DNA of 64,000 bases. Source: Squalus acanthias (Eukaryota). The stretch covers positions 158,474,001 to 158,538,000 of the forward strand of contig CM059431.1 in NCBI GenBank assembly GCA_030390025.1, written 5' to 3'. The position numbers were made by a program, and so were the translations under genes. The notes beneath the pieces were generated by a model, which saw only the letters and a program-made list of their open reading frames with translations, was not told where the DNA came from and did not search any database. Below, piece after piece: positions 39,801 through 52,269 of the stretch. Positions within the stretch are counted from its first letter, which is position 1; each line of letters starts with the position of its first letter.

Positions 39801-42460
39801 GGTGGCGATTGGAGAGGAATTACTGAAGGGGCGGGCCTGGGCAGGTGGGGGGGCAGGGCTGAGTCGTTTGTGGTTTTGGAGGGATTGCTGAGGGGGCGGG
39901 GCGAGGTCGGTGCGCGGGGAGCGTGGAAGGATTGCTGAGGCGGCGAGCTGGGGCGCTGGGGGTGGGGCTTGTTCGGTGGGGGGCGCGGATGGTTTGCTGA
40001 TGGGGTGGGTCTGGGCCGGTAAGGGTAAGGATGGATTGCGGAGAGGGCGGTGCTGGTTCCGTGTGTAGACAGGGCTGGGTCTGGGGGGGGGTGGTGAAGT
40101 TTCAATGGAGTGCCAGTGTGAGGCTGGTTCAGTTGACTGTGGTGTCTTGTTCAGTGGCGTTTGGTGCCGGGTCAATGTGGTGTGGGTCAGTGTCAGTGGG
40201 GTGTGGGTCTGGGTCAGTGCCGTGTGTAGCTGGTTCAGTGGTTTGTGGGGTTTTCTTCTTTGGGATGCGGGGCTGTGTCAGTGGGGTGCGGGGCTGGGTC
40301 AGTGGGGGGCGTCGCTAGGTCAGAGGGGTGCTGGGCTGGTTCACTGGGTTTTGGGTTCTTGTTCAGTGGCGTGTGGGGCTGGGTCAGTAGGGTGTGTGGC
40401 TGGGTCATTGTGGTGTGGGTCCGGGTTCAGTGGGGTTTGGGGCTGGGTCAGTAGGTATGTGGCTGTGTCAGTGTGGTGCGGGTCAGTGTCAGTGGTGTGT
40501 GGGCTGAGTTAGTGTGGTGTTGTAGCTTGTTCAGTGGGTTGTGTGGGCTTCTTCCATTGGATGCTGGGCTTGGTCAGTTGGGTGCGAGGCTGGGTCAGTT
40601 GTGTGCGGTGCTGGGTCAGTGGGCTGCGGGGATCGTTCAGTGGGTTGTGGGGTCTTGTTCATTGCCGTGTGGGGCTGGGTCAGTGGGGTGTGTGGCTAGG
40701 TCAGTGTGGTGTGGGTCAGGCTCAGTGGGGTATGGGGCTGGGTCAGTGTGGTGTTGGTCAGTCTCAGTGCGGTGTGGGGCTGGGTCAGTGGGGTGTGGTG
40801 CTGGGTCAGTGGGGTGTGTATCTGCTTCAGTGGGTTGTGGGGTCTTCTTCAGTGGGATGCGGGGCTGGGTCAGTGGGGTGTGTATCTGCTTCAGTGGGTT
40901 GTGGGGTCTTCTTTAGTGGGATGCGGTGCTGGGTCAGTGGGGTGCGGTGCTGTATCAGTGATGTGTGGGGATGTGTCAGTGGGGTGCGGGGCTGGTTCAG
41001 TGGGGTGTGGGGCTTGGTAAGTGGGATGCGGCACTGTCTCAGTGGGGTGCGGGGCTGTGTCAGTGGTTGTGGGGCTGTGTCAGTGGGGTGCTTGGCTGGG
41101 TCAGTTGGGTGCGGGTCTGGACAGTGCGGTGCGGGGCTGGGTTAGGAGGTTGTGTGGCTAGTTCAGTGGGGTGTGGGGTCTTGTTCAGTGTCATGTGGGG
41201 GGTGTCAGTGGGTTGCGGGTCCGGGACAGCGGGGTGCGGGTTTGATTCAGTGTAGTTCACTGCTGGGTCAGTGGGGTGTGGGGCTTGGTAAGTGGGATGC
41301 GGCACTGTCTCAGTGGGGTGCGGAGCTGGATCAGTGGTGTGTGTTTCTGGGACAGTGGGGTGCGGTGCTGGGTCAGTAGGGTGCGGGTCATGTTCAGTGG
41401 CATGTGAGATGGGTCAGTGGGCTGCGGTGCTGGGTCAGTGGGTTGCGGAGCTGGGTCAGTAGGGTGCGGGCCGGTGTCAGTGGGGAGCGGAGCTGGGTAA
41501 GTGGGGTGCGGGTTTGGGTCAGTGGGGTGCGAGGCTATGTCAGTGGGGTACGGGGCTGGTTCAGTGGGGTGCGAGGCTATGTCAGTGGGGTACGTGGCTT
41601 GTTCAGTGGGGTGCGGGGCTTTGTCAGTGGGGTGCGGTTCTGTATCAGTTGGGTGCGAGGCTATATCAGTGGGGTGCGGGGCTGGTTCAGTGGGGTGCGG
41701 GGCTGTGTCAGTGGGGTTCGGGCCTGTGTCAGTGGCGCATGGGGCTGTGTCAGTGGGGTGCGGGCCTGTGTCAGTGGGGTGCGGGGCTGTGTCAGTGGGT
41801 TGCGGGCCTGTGTCAGTGGGGTGCGAGGCTATGTCAGTGGGGTGTGAGCCTGTGTCAGTGGTATGCGAGGCTATGTCAGTGGGGTGCGGGGCTGGTTCAG
41901 TGGGGTGCAGTGCTGGGTCTGTGGGGTGCGGGCCTGTGTCAGTGGGGTGCGGGGCTTTGTCAATTGGGGTGCGTGGCTGGTAAAGTGGGTTGTGGGATCT
42001 TGTTCAGAGTCTTGTGGGCGGGGCAGTGGGGTGCGGGTCTTGTTCAGTGGCAATTGGGATGAGTCAATGGGTTGCGGGCCTGTGCCAGTGGGGTGCGGGC
42101 TGTGTCAGTAGGGTGCGTGGCTGGTTCAGTGGGGTGTGGGATCGTATTCAGTGTCTTGTGGGGGGTTCAGTGGGGTGCGGGTCTTGTTCAGTGGCAATTG
42201 GGGTGGGTCAGTGGGTTGTGGGGCTGGGTCAGTGCGGTGCGGGGCTGGCTAAATGGAGTGCAGGGTGTTTGGCTCAGTGGAGGGGCGAAACTGTGTCGTT
42301 CAGCGGGCGGGTCTGGGTCGGTCGGGGGTCTGGGGGCTGAGTCGGGGGTCGGGGGTCTCTGACGGTGTGGGTTGCGGGCTGCGTTGCTAGATTGGGCTTG
42401 TGCTGGTTCAGTGTGGCGTGGTGTTGATTCAGTGGGGTTTCGCTGTTTGGCTGTGTCAGT
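36830..42460 (+). repeat. G/T-rich minisatellite (27-bp units grading into 21-bp GGGGCTGTGTCAGTGGGGTGC), split by a CR1
   Basis: Tandem units visible; 7-aa periodic ORFs (SGVRGCV) at ~41500-41960. Confidence 0.95.
37700..39258 (-). mobile_element. 5'-truncated CR1 inserted in the minisatellite; same family as 15068-24127
   Basis: ORFs 37965-38633 and 38766-39182; aacataagaaataggagcagg tail. Confidence 0.92.
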
Positions 42461-43249
42461 GGGACGGATGAACAACAGCACTTGAACTACACAGGGTCAG
42501 TGAGAGGTCAAGCTCCGGATTACAGAGCCTCACTGCAAAGAAAAGATGTATTTCAGGGTAAGCTCGATAAACAAGTGGAAGAAATACATTGGAAGATTCT
42601 GCTGATAGGGTTAGATAAAGAGGGACGGTAGGAGGGCGATGTGAAGTATAAACACAGCATGGACCATTTGAGACGAATGGGCTGTTTCTAAGCTGTTCAT
42701 TCTGTGTAATTCTCTGTGTTAAAAACGGGAAGTGACGGCGCTGCATTTTCTGAAGCAGTTTTGTAAAAGGAGAATTTCGGAAGCTTTGCTCTAATTCTGT
42801 AACCTGTACCACGGAAACACCTCCGCTGTAAGTGAGAAATTCCAGTTGCCCAGCCAGGGCACGTGGAATGTTTTGTAAAAGTAATATGAGTTTAACAATG
42901 CCTGTACCATTAAACGCCAAATGAGACATGTGTATTTCAGAGGAGAGTGTTTGATCTAAGGGTTGCACCCAATTTGCCCGTGGTTGAAGAGTTAGACATG
43001 TGTAACTCCAGCCTCACTTTCCCCTCAATATTTTGTCGCCTCACGAAACTCTGCCCATCTTTCTCACAACTCCATGTTTGAATCTCTCCAATCGGGTTTG
43101 CGCTCCTGACACAGCAGTGAAATGACAATAATCAAAGTCAAAATGAAACGCTCTATGTCTGCTTAAGTGGTAAATTAACCGCCCCCCTCATTTTTCTTGA
43201 CCTCTGCTGCCTTTACACGGACGCATTTATCTCGGGGGTGGGGGAGGGC

Positions 43250-46200
43250 GCATTTTTTATTTGTTACTGGGATGTAGGCGTCGCTGACAATGCCAGGATT
43301 TATTGGCCATCCCTAATTGGCATTGTGAAGGTGGTGGTGAGCTGCTTCCTTGAACTGCTGCAGTCCGTGTAGTGAAGGTACTCCCACAGTGCTGTATGGT
43401 AAGGAGTTGCCGGATTTTGACCTAGCGACGATGAAGGATCGAAGTTAGGACGGTGTGTGACTTGGAGGGGAAACTTGGAGATGGTGGTGTTCCCAGCCGC
43501 CTGCTGCCCTTGTCCTTCTAGGTGGAAGAGTTCGCGGGTTTGGGAGGTGCTGCCGATGAATTATTGGCGAGTTCCTGCAGTGCATCTTGTAGATGGCACA
43601 GACTGCAGCCACGGTACGCCGGTGGCGATGGGAGTGAATGTTTAAGTTGGTTGATGGGGTGCCAATCAAGCGGGCTTCTTTGTCCTGGAATGTGTCGAGC
43701 TTCTTGAGCGTAGTTGGAGCTGCACTCATCCAGGCAAGTGGAAAATATTCCATCACACTCCTTACTTGTGCCTTGTAGATGGTGGAAAGGATTCGGGCTG
43801 TCAGGAGGCGAGACACTCGCCTCAGAATACCCAGCCTCTAACCTGCTATTGTTGCCACAATATTTATTTGGCTGGTCCACTTAAGTTTATGGTCAACGGT
43901 GACCCCCGGAATGTTGATGGTGGGGGATTCAGCGATGGTAATGTCGTTGAATTTCAAGAGTAAGTGGATCGACTCGCGCTTGTTGGAGATAGTCATTTCC
44001 TGGCAAATCTGTGGCGTGAATGTTACCTGCCACTTATCACCCTTGGCCAGAGCGCCGTCCAGGTCTTTTTGCATGTCCGCCTGGACTGCTTCATTATCTG
44101 AGGAGTTGTGAATGGCGCTGAACACTGAGCATTCTTCAGCGAATATAACTATTGCAGACCTTATGTTGGAGGGAAGTTCATTGATGAAGCAGCTGAGAAT
44201 GATTGGGTCTAGGACACTTCGCTGAGGAACTCCTGCAGCGATGTCCTGGGGTTGTGATGATTGACCTTCATCCACCACAACCATCTTCCTTTGTGCTAGG
44301 TATGTCTCCAGTAGGTACAGAGTTTTCCACCCGATTCCCATTGACTTCAGTTTGATTAAGTCTCCTTGATTCCACACTCAGTCAAATGCTGCCTTGATGT
44401 CAAGTGCAGTGATTCTCACATCACCTCTGGAATTCAGCTCCTTTGTCCATGTTTGCATCAAGGCTATAATGAGTTTGGGAGGCGAGTGGTCTTGGCGGAA
44501 CCAAACTGGATATCAGTGAGCAGGTTATTGGCGATTAAGTTCCGCTTGATACCACTGTCGATGACGACTTCCAGATTGCTGTTGAGTGACAGTAAACTGA
44601 TGGGGCACTAATTGGCCAGGTTGGATTTGTCCTGATTTTTGTAGACAGAACACACCTGTGCAGTGTTCCAGTCAGATATACATAGATACATAGATACATA
44701 GAAGATAGGAGCAGGAGAAGGCCATCCGGCCCTTCGAGCCTGCTCCGCCATTTAATGAGATCATGGCTGATCCTCCAATTCAGTATCCCGTCCCCGCCTT
44801 CTCTCCGTAACCCTTAACCCCTTTTGCCTGTAGAAATATATCTAATTCCCTCTTAAATATATTTAATGAGCTGGCGTACACTGCCCTCTGTGGCAATGAG
44901 TTCCACAGGTTCACCACCCTCTGAGTGAAGAAATTCCCCCTCATTTGTGTCCTAAATGGTTTAGCCCTTATCCTTAAATTATGTCCTCTAGTTCTGTTCT
45001 CACCCGCCAAGGGAAACATTCCTTCTGCATCTAGTCTGTCTAGACCTGTCAGAATTTTATACACTTCTATGAGGTCCCCTCTCAATCTTCTAAACTCCAG
45101 TGTGTACATCCCTAAACTACATAGTCTCTCCTCATAGGTCAATCCCGCCATTCCTGGTATCAGCCTGGTGAATCGCCGCTGCACCCCCTCCATGGCAAGA
45201 ACATCTTTCCTCAGATGAGGCGCCCAAAACTGTACACAGTACTCAAGGTGTGGTCTCACCAGTGCCCTGTACAGCTGCAGCAAGGTATCCCTGTTCCTGT
45301 ATTCCAAACCTTTTGCTATGAAGGCCAGCATACCGTTTGCCTTCTTGACCGCCTGTTGCACCTGCATGCTCGCCTTCAGTGACTGGTGTACAAGAACACC
45401 CAGGTCTCTCTGTACTTCCCCCTCTCCCAATTTATTGCCATTTAAATAATAATTTGCCCTCCCGTTCCTGCACCCAAGGTGGATAACTTCGCACTTGTCC
45501 ACATTATAGTGCATCTGCCATTTATCCGCCCAATCACCCAGTCTGTCCAAATCGCTCTGGAGCTTCCTGGTCTCCTCCTCTGAGCCCACCCCCCCTCCTA
45601 GTTTAGTGTCGTCTGCAAATTTGGAAATGCTGCATTCGACTCCCTGATCCAGGTCATTAATATAAATTGTGAACAGCTGGGGACCCAGGACAGATCCCTG
45701 TGGTACCCCACTTGTTACTGCCTGCCATTCAGAAAATGAGCCGTTTATTCCAACTCTCTGTTTTCTATCTGACAGCCAGTTCTCTATCCACGTCAATATT
45801 TACCCCTTTATCCCATGAGCTTCAATTTTCCATGCTAATCTTTTATGTGGGACCTTGTCGAAGGCCTTTTGGAAGTCCAGGTACACCACATCTACTGGCT
45901 CTCCCCCATCTATTTTACCAGTTACTCCCTCAAAAAATTCCAATACATTAGTCAAGCACGATTTACCCTTTGTAAATCCATGTTGACTCTGTCCTATCCT
46001 GTCCCCAATTGCTAAGTGCTCCGCTATTTCATCCTTAATGATGGACTCCAGCATTTTGCCCACAACTGATGTAAGGCTTACAGGTCTGTAATTACCTGCT
46101 TTTTCCCTACCCCCCTTTTTGAATAGTGGGGTAACGTTAGCTACCCTCCAATCCATGGGCACTGTTCCCGAGTCTAATGAATTCTGAAAAATCATACTTA

Positions 46201-47503
46201 GTGCATCCGCTATCTCTAGGGCCACCTCCTTCAGTACCCTAGGATGCATGTTATCAGGCCCTGGTAATTTGTCCGCCTTCAATCCCTTTAGCTTCCTTAA
46301 CACCATATCCTTAGAGATATTGATTTGCGTCAGTTCCTCCTTTGCCCATGTCCCTATTTTTCCCGATATCCCAGGGAGGTTTTTTGTGTCTTCCTTCGTA
46401 AAGACTGACCCAAAGTATGCATTTAGTTGGTCTGCCATTTCCTCATTTCCCGTTATATATTCCCCCGTATCTGACTGCAATGGACCAACTTTGGTTTTCA
46501 CCAGTCTTTTCCTCTTGATATACTTATAAAAGCTTTTGGAGTTAGTTTTTATATTTTCCGCCAGCTTGCTTTCGTAAGCTATTTTGCCCCTCTTGATTAA
46601 GCCCTTTGTCCTCCTTTGCTCTATCTTAAACCGTTCCCAATCTTCCACTCTGGCGCTTTTTTTGGCTATTTTATACGCCCTATCTTTGGATTTTATGCTG
46701 TCTCTAATTTCCCCTGTTATCCACGGTTGAGTCACCTTTTTAGATTTCCTTTTATGCCAGATTGGTATAAACAATTTTTGCAATTTTGTCATTCTATCTT
46801 TAAATGCTTGCCATTGTTTATCTACCTCCAGTCCTCCCAGGAACGTTGTCCAATCAGACCTACTCAGTTCCCGTCTAATGGCATCATAATTCCCCTTGTT
46901 TAAATTCAGGACCTTAGTCTCTGAGTCAATTTCTTCGCTGTCCATTTCAAGTGAGAAATCGATCATGTTATGATCGCTCTGACCCAAGGGTCCCCGTACA
47001 ACAAGATTACTAATTAGTCCCTTCTCATTGCACAGTACCCAGTCCAATATAGCCTGTTCCCGAGTTGGTTCCTCGACATATTGGTCCAGATAACCATCCC
47101 TTAAACACTCAAGGAATTTCTCCTCCTCATTATTTTTACTGATTAGGCTAGTCCAATCTATATGTAAGTTAAAGTCACCTATGATGACAGCTGTGCTCTT
47201 ATTGCACGCTTCTCTAATTTCCCTCGTGATGCCCTCCCCAACCTCTATTTTACTATTTGGAGGCCTATATACCACTCCTATTAATGTTTTTCGCCCCTCG
47301 CTATTTCTTAGCTCCACCCATGTAGATTCTGTATTAACTGAGTTAATATCCTTCCTTTCAATTGCATTTATCCCCTCTTTTACCAGCAATGCTACCAGAG
47401 TTGTAGCTGTACTGGAACAGCTTACAGAGAGGCACGGCTGGTTATGGAGCACAAGTCCTCAGCACGATATCCGGGATGTTGTCGGGGCCCATTGCCTTTG
47501 TGG
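43250..47503 (-). mobile_element. Zenon-like CR1-group LINE nested in L2 and split by a CR1 (pieces ~43250-44670 and ~47396-47503)
   Basis: IYKAQVRSVMEYFPLAWMSAAPTTLKKLD; AGVPQRSVL. Confidence 0.78.
44673..47395 (-). mobile_element. Young 5'-truncated CR1; ORF2 open except for one in-frame TAA at 45800
   Basis: ORFs 45800-47452 and 44780-45796 are in the same frame (HGIKG*ILTWIEN); (ATAGATAC)n tail. Confidence 0.93.
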
Positions 47504-50145
47504 AAAGATATTAGAAATAGGGAGGGGAAAAGCTATCTTGGAAATTTCAAACAATGTTGAGAATTATGAAATCGAGGCGTTGCTTTAGCGGGAGTCAGTT
47601 TAGGTCAGCGAGCACAGGAGTGATGAGTGAACAGGACTTGGTGCCACTTTGGACACGGGCACCCGAGATTTGGATGATGTCAAGTTTACGTAGGGAAGAA
47701 CGAGAGAAGCCTGCCAGGACTGCGTGAGAATAGTCAAGTCTCGAGGCACCTGGGTATGGATGAAGGTTTCAGCAGCAGATGAGCTGAGGGTGTTTTGGAG
47801 ACTGGCGATGTTACAGAGATAGAAATAGGCGATCTTTGTTATGCCACGGATATGTGGTCGCAAGCTCATTTCAGAGGCAAATATGACACCAAGTTATTGA
47901 ACAGTGTGGTTTGGCCTCACAGCTGTTAGGTAGAGGGATGCATTCGGGAGGGAACTAAAACAATGTCTTTCAAATATTTAACTGGAGAACATTTCTGCTC
48001 ACCCAGAACTGATTTCGGGCAAGCAGTCTGACAATTTACAGATCGTGGAGGGGTCGAGAGAATAGGTGGTGAGGTAGAGCTGGGTGTCGTCAGCGTACAT
48101 GTGGAAACTGACGTTGTGTTTTCCGATGATATCGTCAAGGGGCAGCATTTAGATGAGAAATATTATGGAGCCAGGTATTGATTATTGTGGGACACCAGAG
48201 ATAAGGATGCCGGAGCGGGAAGAGAAGCCATTGCAGGTGATTCTCTGCCTACGATAGATAAGAGTGGAAACAGGCGAGTGCAGTCCCACCCAGCTGGACG
48301 GCGTTGGAAAGGCGTTTGGAGGAGTTTGGAGTGGTCAACCGTGTCAAAGGCTGCTGAGAATTCCAGCTGGACGAGAAGGGATAGTTTTTCTTTGTCGCAG
48401 TCACAAAGGAGGAAATTGGTGACCTTTATGACAGCCGTTTCTGTACTTTGGCAGGGGCAGATACCTGATTGGAGGGATTCTGAAATGGAGTTCCCAGAAA
48501 GATGGGAATGGATTTGGGAGGTGATAACATGTTCAATTACTTTGAATCGGGAAGGGAGGTTGGAGTTGGGGCAGTAGTTAGTAAGGACGGGCGAGTCAAG
48601 TGTTGTTGTTTTTGAGGAGAGTGGTGATGAAGGCAGATTTGAAGGAGAGAGGGACAGTACCTGATGAGAGAGAACCTTTATCAATGTCAGCTTACAAAGG
48701 AGCCAGAAGAGGAAGTTCGGCGTTCAGCAGTTTGGTGGGAATAGGTTCGAGGGAGCAGGAAGTGGATCTCATGGACAAGATGATCTCGGAGAGGAGAGGT
48801 AGAGGAGATCGGAGAGAAGCTGGAGAAAATTGCTAGTTCAGGGCTATGGCTGGGGGAGCCTGAGTGGATGCTTGGCCTGGTGGGCTAGGGGAAGGAAGAG
48901 AAGTTGCAGAGGCCGCTGGTCGTATGCTCTCAATCGTAGAGATAAAGGAATTGCTGAGCTCCTCGGACTTTTTGTTGGAGGTGAGGGTGGAGTAGACGAG
49001 GAAAGGGACTTAAGAAGATGGTTAGCTGTGGAGAATAGAAGCCAGCGTTTAGCTTTGCATTCCAGAATGAATCTGGAATAGTGAGCAATGTTGGCAGATG
49101 AGAGGAGAACTCGATAATGCTTTATGTGGTCAATCCAGATCTGGCAGCAAGAGACTTAACAAGTAGTATGACATATGCGTTCAAGTCTGCATCTCTTGGA
49201 ATTAAGGGAGTGAAGATGAGTGCCAGACCAGTTGAAATAGCCAGTGTGAGACAGTGTAATTGTTTTAATAGGGACTACTGCATCGACGGTGGTGGTGAGG
49301 GTATGGTAGAGCAGTTCGGTAGGTGCGGAAATGTTGTGGTCAATGGAGTGCCAAAGGCTGGTGGTTGGGATTTCGTAAGTGCAGTTGTAAGAGAGTTGTG
49401 AGAGAGTTTTTTTTCCTTTTGCAGGTACAGAATTAAGTATTGCTGGGGGTGAAGGGGGATGCGGGTGTAGAGCAATGGAAGGAAATGGTCAGAGATGGCT
49501 TTTTCAGCGATTGACACGATGGGAGTAGCGAGGCCACGAGAGATGGCAAGGTCGAGGCTGTGTCCATGATGATGGGTTGGGGAGTTTACTTCTCTTAAGG
49601 GTAAGGCTTCACCATCCCTCATGCAAGTTTCCGTCAGGGCCATGATGTCGATGAACTCAATCACGATATGCTCATGGATGGAAAGGACCTAGGTCGCAAG
49701 AGGATGGCCATTCTGGAGGGAAATGGGGAGATGTTCGGTGATGTCTAATCCCCTGCCAGGTTCCACAGGGTCAGCGCTGGAAAGCGTAAATTGGACGGGA
49801 AGGGGATTGAGAAGATTAGCCCCCAGCGGGCGGGCTTGGCGGGAAGGTCGGCAAAAGAGTAGGATAATACAGTTGGCGTTGCTGCTCGTGAGGAGGCAGC
49901 AACGAATGCCACGTTGGGCATTTCGGAGAATACAAAGAGAGGCACTGAGGGAAGCTATAGAATTACCTGAGATAAACAGCAGCAGGAGAGTAGGAAGGTC
50001 GAAGAGCAATGAAGGGTTGGTGCAGGAATTTGGGAGGGCAGTGTATCCGAGACAGGAGAGATGAAAGGAGGCATAATGACAGGAAAGCGCGATCACAGAG
50101 GGTAGAGAGAAAAGGAAAAGTGGAGAAAAAAGTGGAACTAGAAGT
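47504..50145 (-). mobile_element. L2 LINE, paralog of 14070-15067 plus 24128-26050 without the CR1/Gypsy insertion
   Basis: ESLQSGICPCQSTETAVIKVTN..EFSAAFDTVDH; IDIMALTET. Confidence 0.85.
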
Positions 50146-50146
50146 G

Positions 50147-51930
50147 AAACATAGAAACATAGAAACATAGAAGTTAGGAGCAGGAGTAGGCCATTCGGCA
50201 CCTCGAGCCTGCTCCGCCATTCGATGAGATCATGGCTGATGATCTAAACTCAGTACCCTGTACCTGCCTTCTCCCCATATCCCTTGATAACTTTAGCTTT
50301 AAGAAATATATCTAACTCATCCTTGAATATATTTAATTACTTCGCCTCAACTACCTTCTGTGGTAGAGAATTCCACAGGTTCACCACTCTCTGGGTGAAG
50401 AAATTCTTCCTCATTTCTGTCCTAAATGGTTTACCCGTTATCCTTAGATTATGACCCCTGGTTCTGGACTCTCCGACCAACAGGAACATTCTTCCTGCAT
50501 CTAGTTTGTCCAGACCTGTCAGAATTTTATATGTTTCGATGAGATCCCCTCTCATTCTTCTATACTCCAGTGAGTATAAGCCCAATCGACCCAATCTCTC
50601 CTCATATGTCATTCCTGCCATCCCAAGTATCAACCTTGTGAATCTTCGCTGTGCTCCTTCCATGGCAAACACATCCTTCCTCAGATAAGGCGACCAAAAC
50701 TGCACACAGTACTCAAGGTGTGGTCTCACCAAGGCCCTGTACAACTGCAGCAGGACATCCCTGTTCCTATACTCAAAACCTATTGCTATGAAGGCCAAGA
50801 TACCATTTGCCTTCTTCACCGCCTGCTGCACCTGCATGCTTACTTTCAGCGACTGGTGCACAAGGACACCCAGGTCTCGTTGCACTTCCCCTTCTCCCAA
50901 TCCAGTGCCATTCAGCTAATAGTCTGCCTTTCTGTTTTTGACACCAAAGTGGATAACCTCGCACTTATCCACGTTATATTGCATCTGCTACGTTTCTGCC
51001 CACTCACCCAACCTGTCCAGATTATCCTGGAGTTTCTCGCTATCCTCCTCGCTGCACACACCCCCACCCAGCTTTGTGTCATCTGCAAACTTGGAGATAT
51101 TACATTTAATTCCCTTATCTAGATCATTAATGTAAATTGTGAATAGCTGGGGTCCAAGGACCGATCCCTGCGGTACCCCACTAGTCACTGCTTGCCACTC
51201 GGAAAAAGACCCATTAATTCCTACTCACTGCTTTCTGTCCGCCAACCAGTTCTCTATCCTTGTCAATAACTTGCCCCCAATCCCATGTGCCTTAACTTTA
51301 CCCGCTAATCTCTTATGCGGGACATTATCGAAAGCCTTTTGAAAGTCCAAATACACCACATCTACTGGTTCTCCCTTATCTATTTTACCAGTTACATCCT
51401 CAAAAAATTCCACTAGATTAGTCAAGCACGATTTACCTTTTGTAAATCCATGTTGACTTTGTCCGATCCTGTCACTGTTTTTCAAATGCTCAGCTATTAC
51501 ATCCTTTATAATGGACTCTAGCATTTCCCCCACTGCCGATGTCAGGCTTACCGGTCTGTAATTCCCCGCTTTCTCTCTACCACCCTTTTTGAATAGTGGG
51601 GTAACATTAGCTACCCTCCAATCCATGGGTACAAATCCAGATTCCATCGAATGTTGGAAGATGATCAGCAATGCATCTACTATTTCTAGGGCCACTTCCT
51701 TAAGTACCCTAGGATGTAGATTATCAGGCCCTGGGGATTTATCGGCCTTCAATACCGTCAATTTCCCTAACACCATTTCCCTGCAAATACTGATTTCTTT
51801 CAGTTCCTCCCTTTCATCAGACCGTATGTTCTCCAACAGCTCTGGGAGGTTATTTCTGTCCTCCTTTGTGAAGACAGAACCAAAATATGCATTTAATTGG
51901 GCTGCCATTTCTTTGTTCCGCATTATAACT
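50147..51930 (-). mobile_element. 5'-truncated CR1
   Basis: ORFs 50337-50900, 50988-51188, 51225-51923; (GAAACATA)n tail. Confidence 0.92.
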
Positions 51931-52176
51931 TCCCAGCGCCAGCCAAAATGAACACGCAGGTTCAGCGGGACTCACTGGTATTCACTGGGCAGCTGTCTGT
52001 GTCACACCTGCTGTGGAGTTTACATCGTAAGACTCGGGAAATGCTCGATCACGGAGATAACAGCTGTTGTATTGATGGGGGAGGAGGGACTTGATATCAT
52101 GTTTAAGAAGGCAACGTTCTCCTTCTCATTATAATATTTACATCTAACCCTCCAATTACTATTATATCTAATACAG

Positions 52177-52269
52177 AGCGTCAGAATCGGCGAAATGTTC
52201 AACTCGGCATCGTAACAGATATTATATTGGAAAAAGAATCGTTGAACAAATGCAAGGGCGAGGCCACAG
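52177..52269 (+). other. Exon copy 3, ATG replaced by ATC; frame still open (RQNRRNVQLGIVTDIILEKESLNKCKGEAT)
   Basis: atacAG acceptor, CAG|GTAGGT donor, 93 nt (3 nt shorter than copies 1 and 2). Confidence 0.5.
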
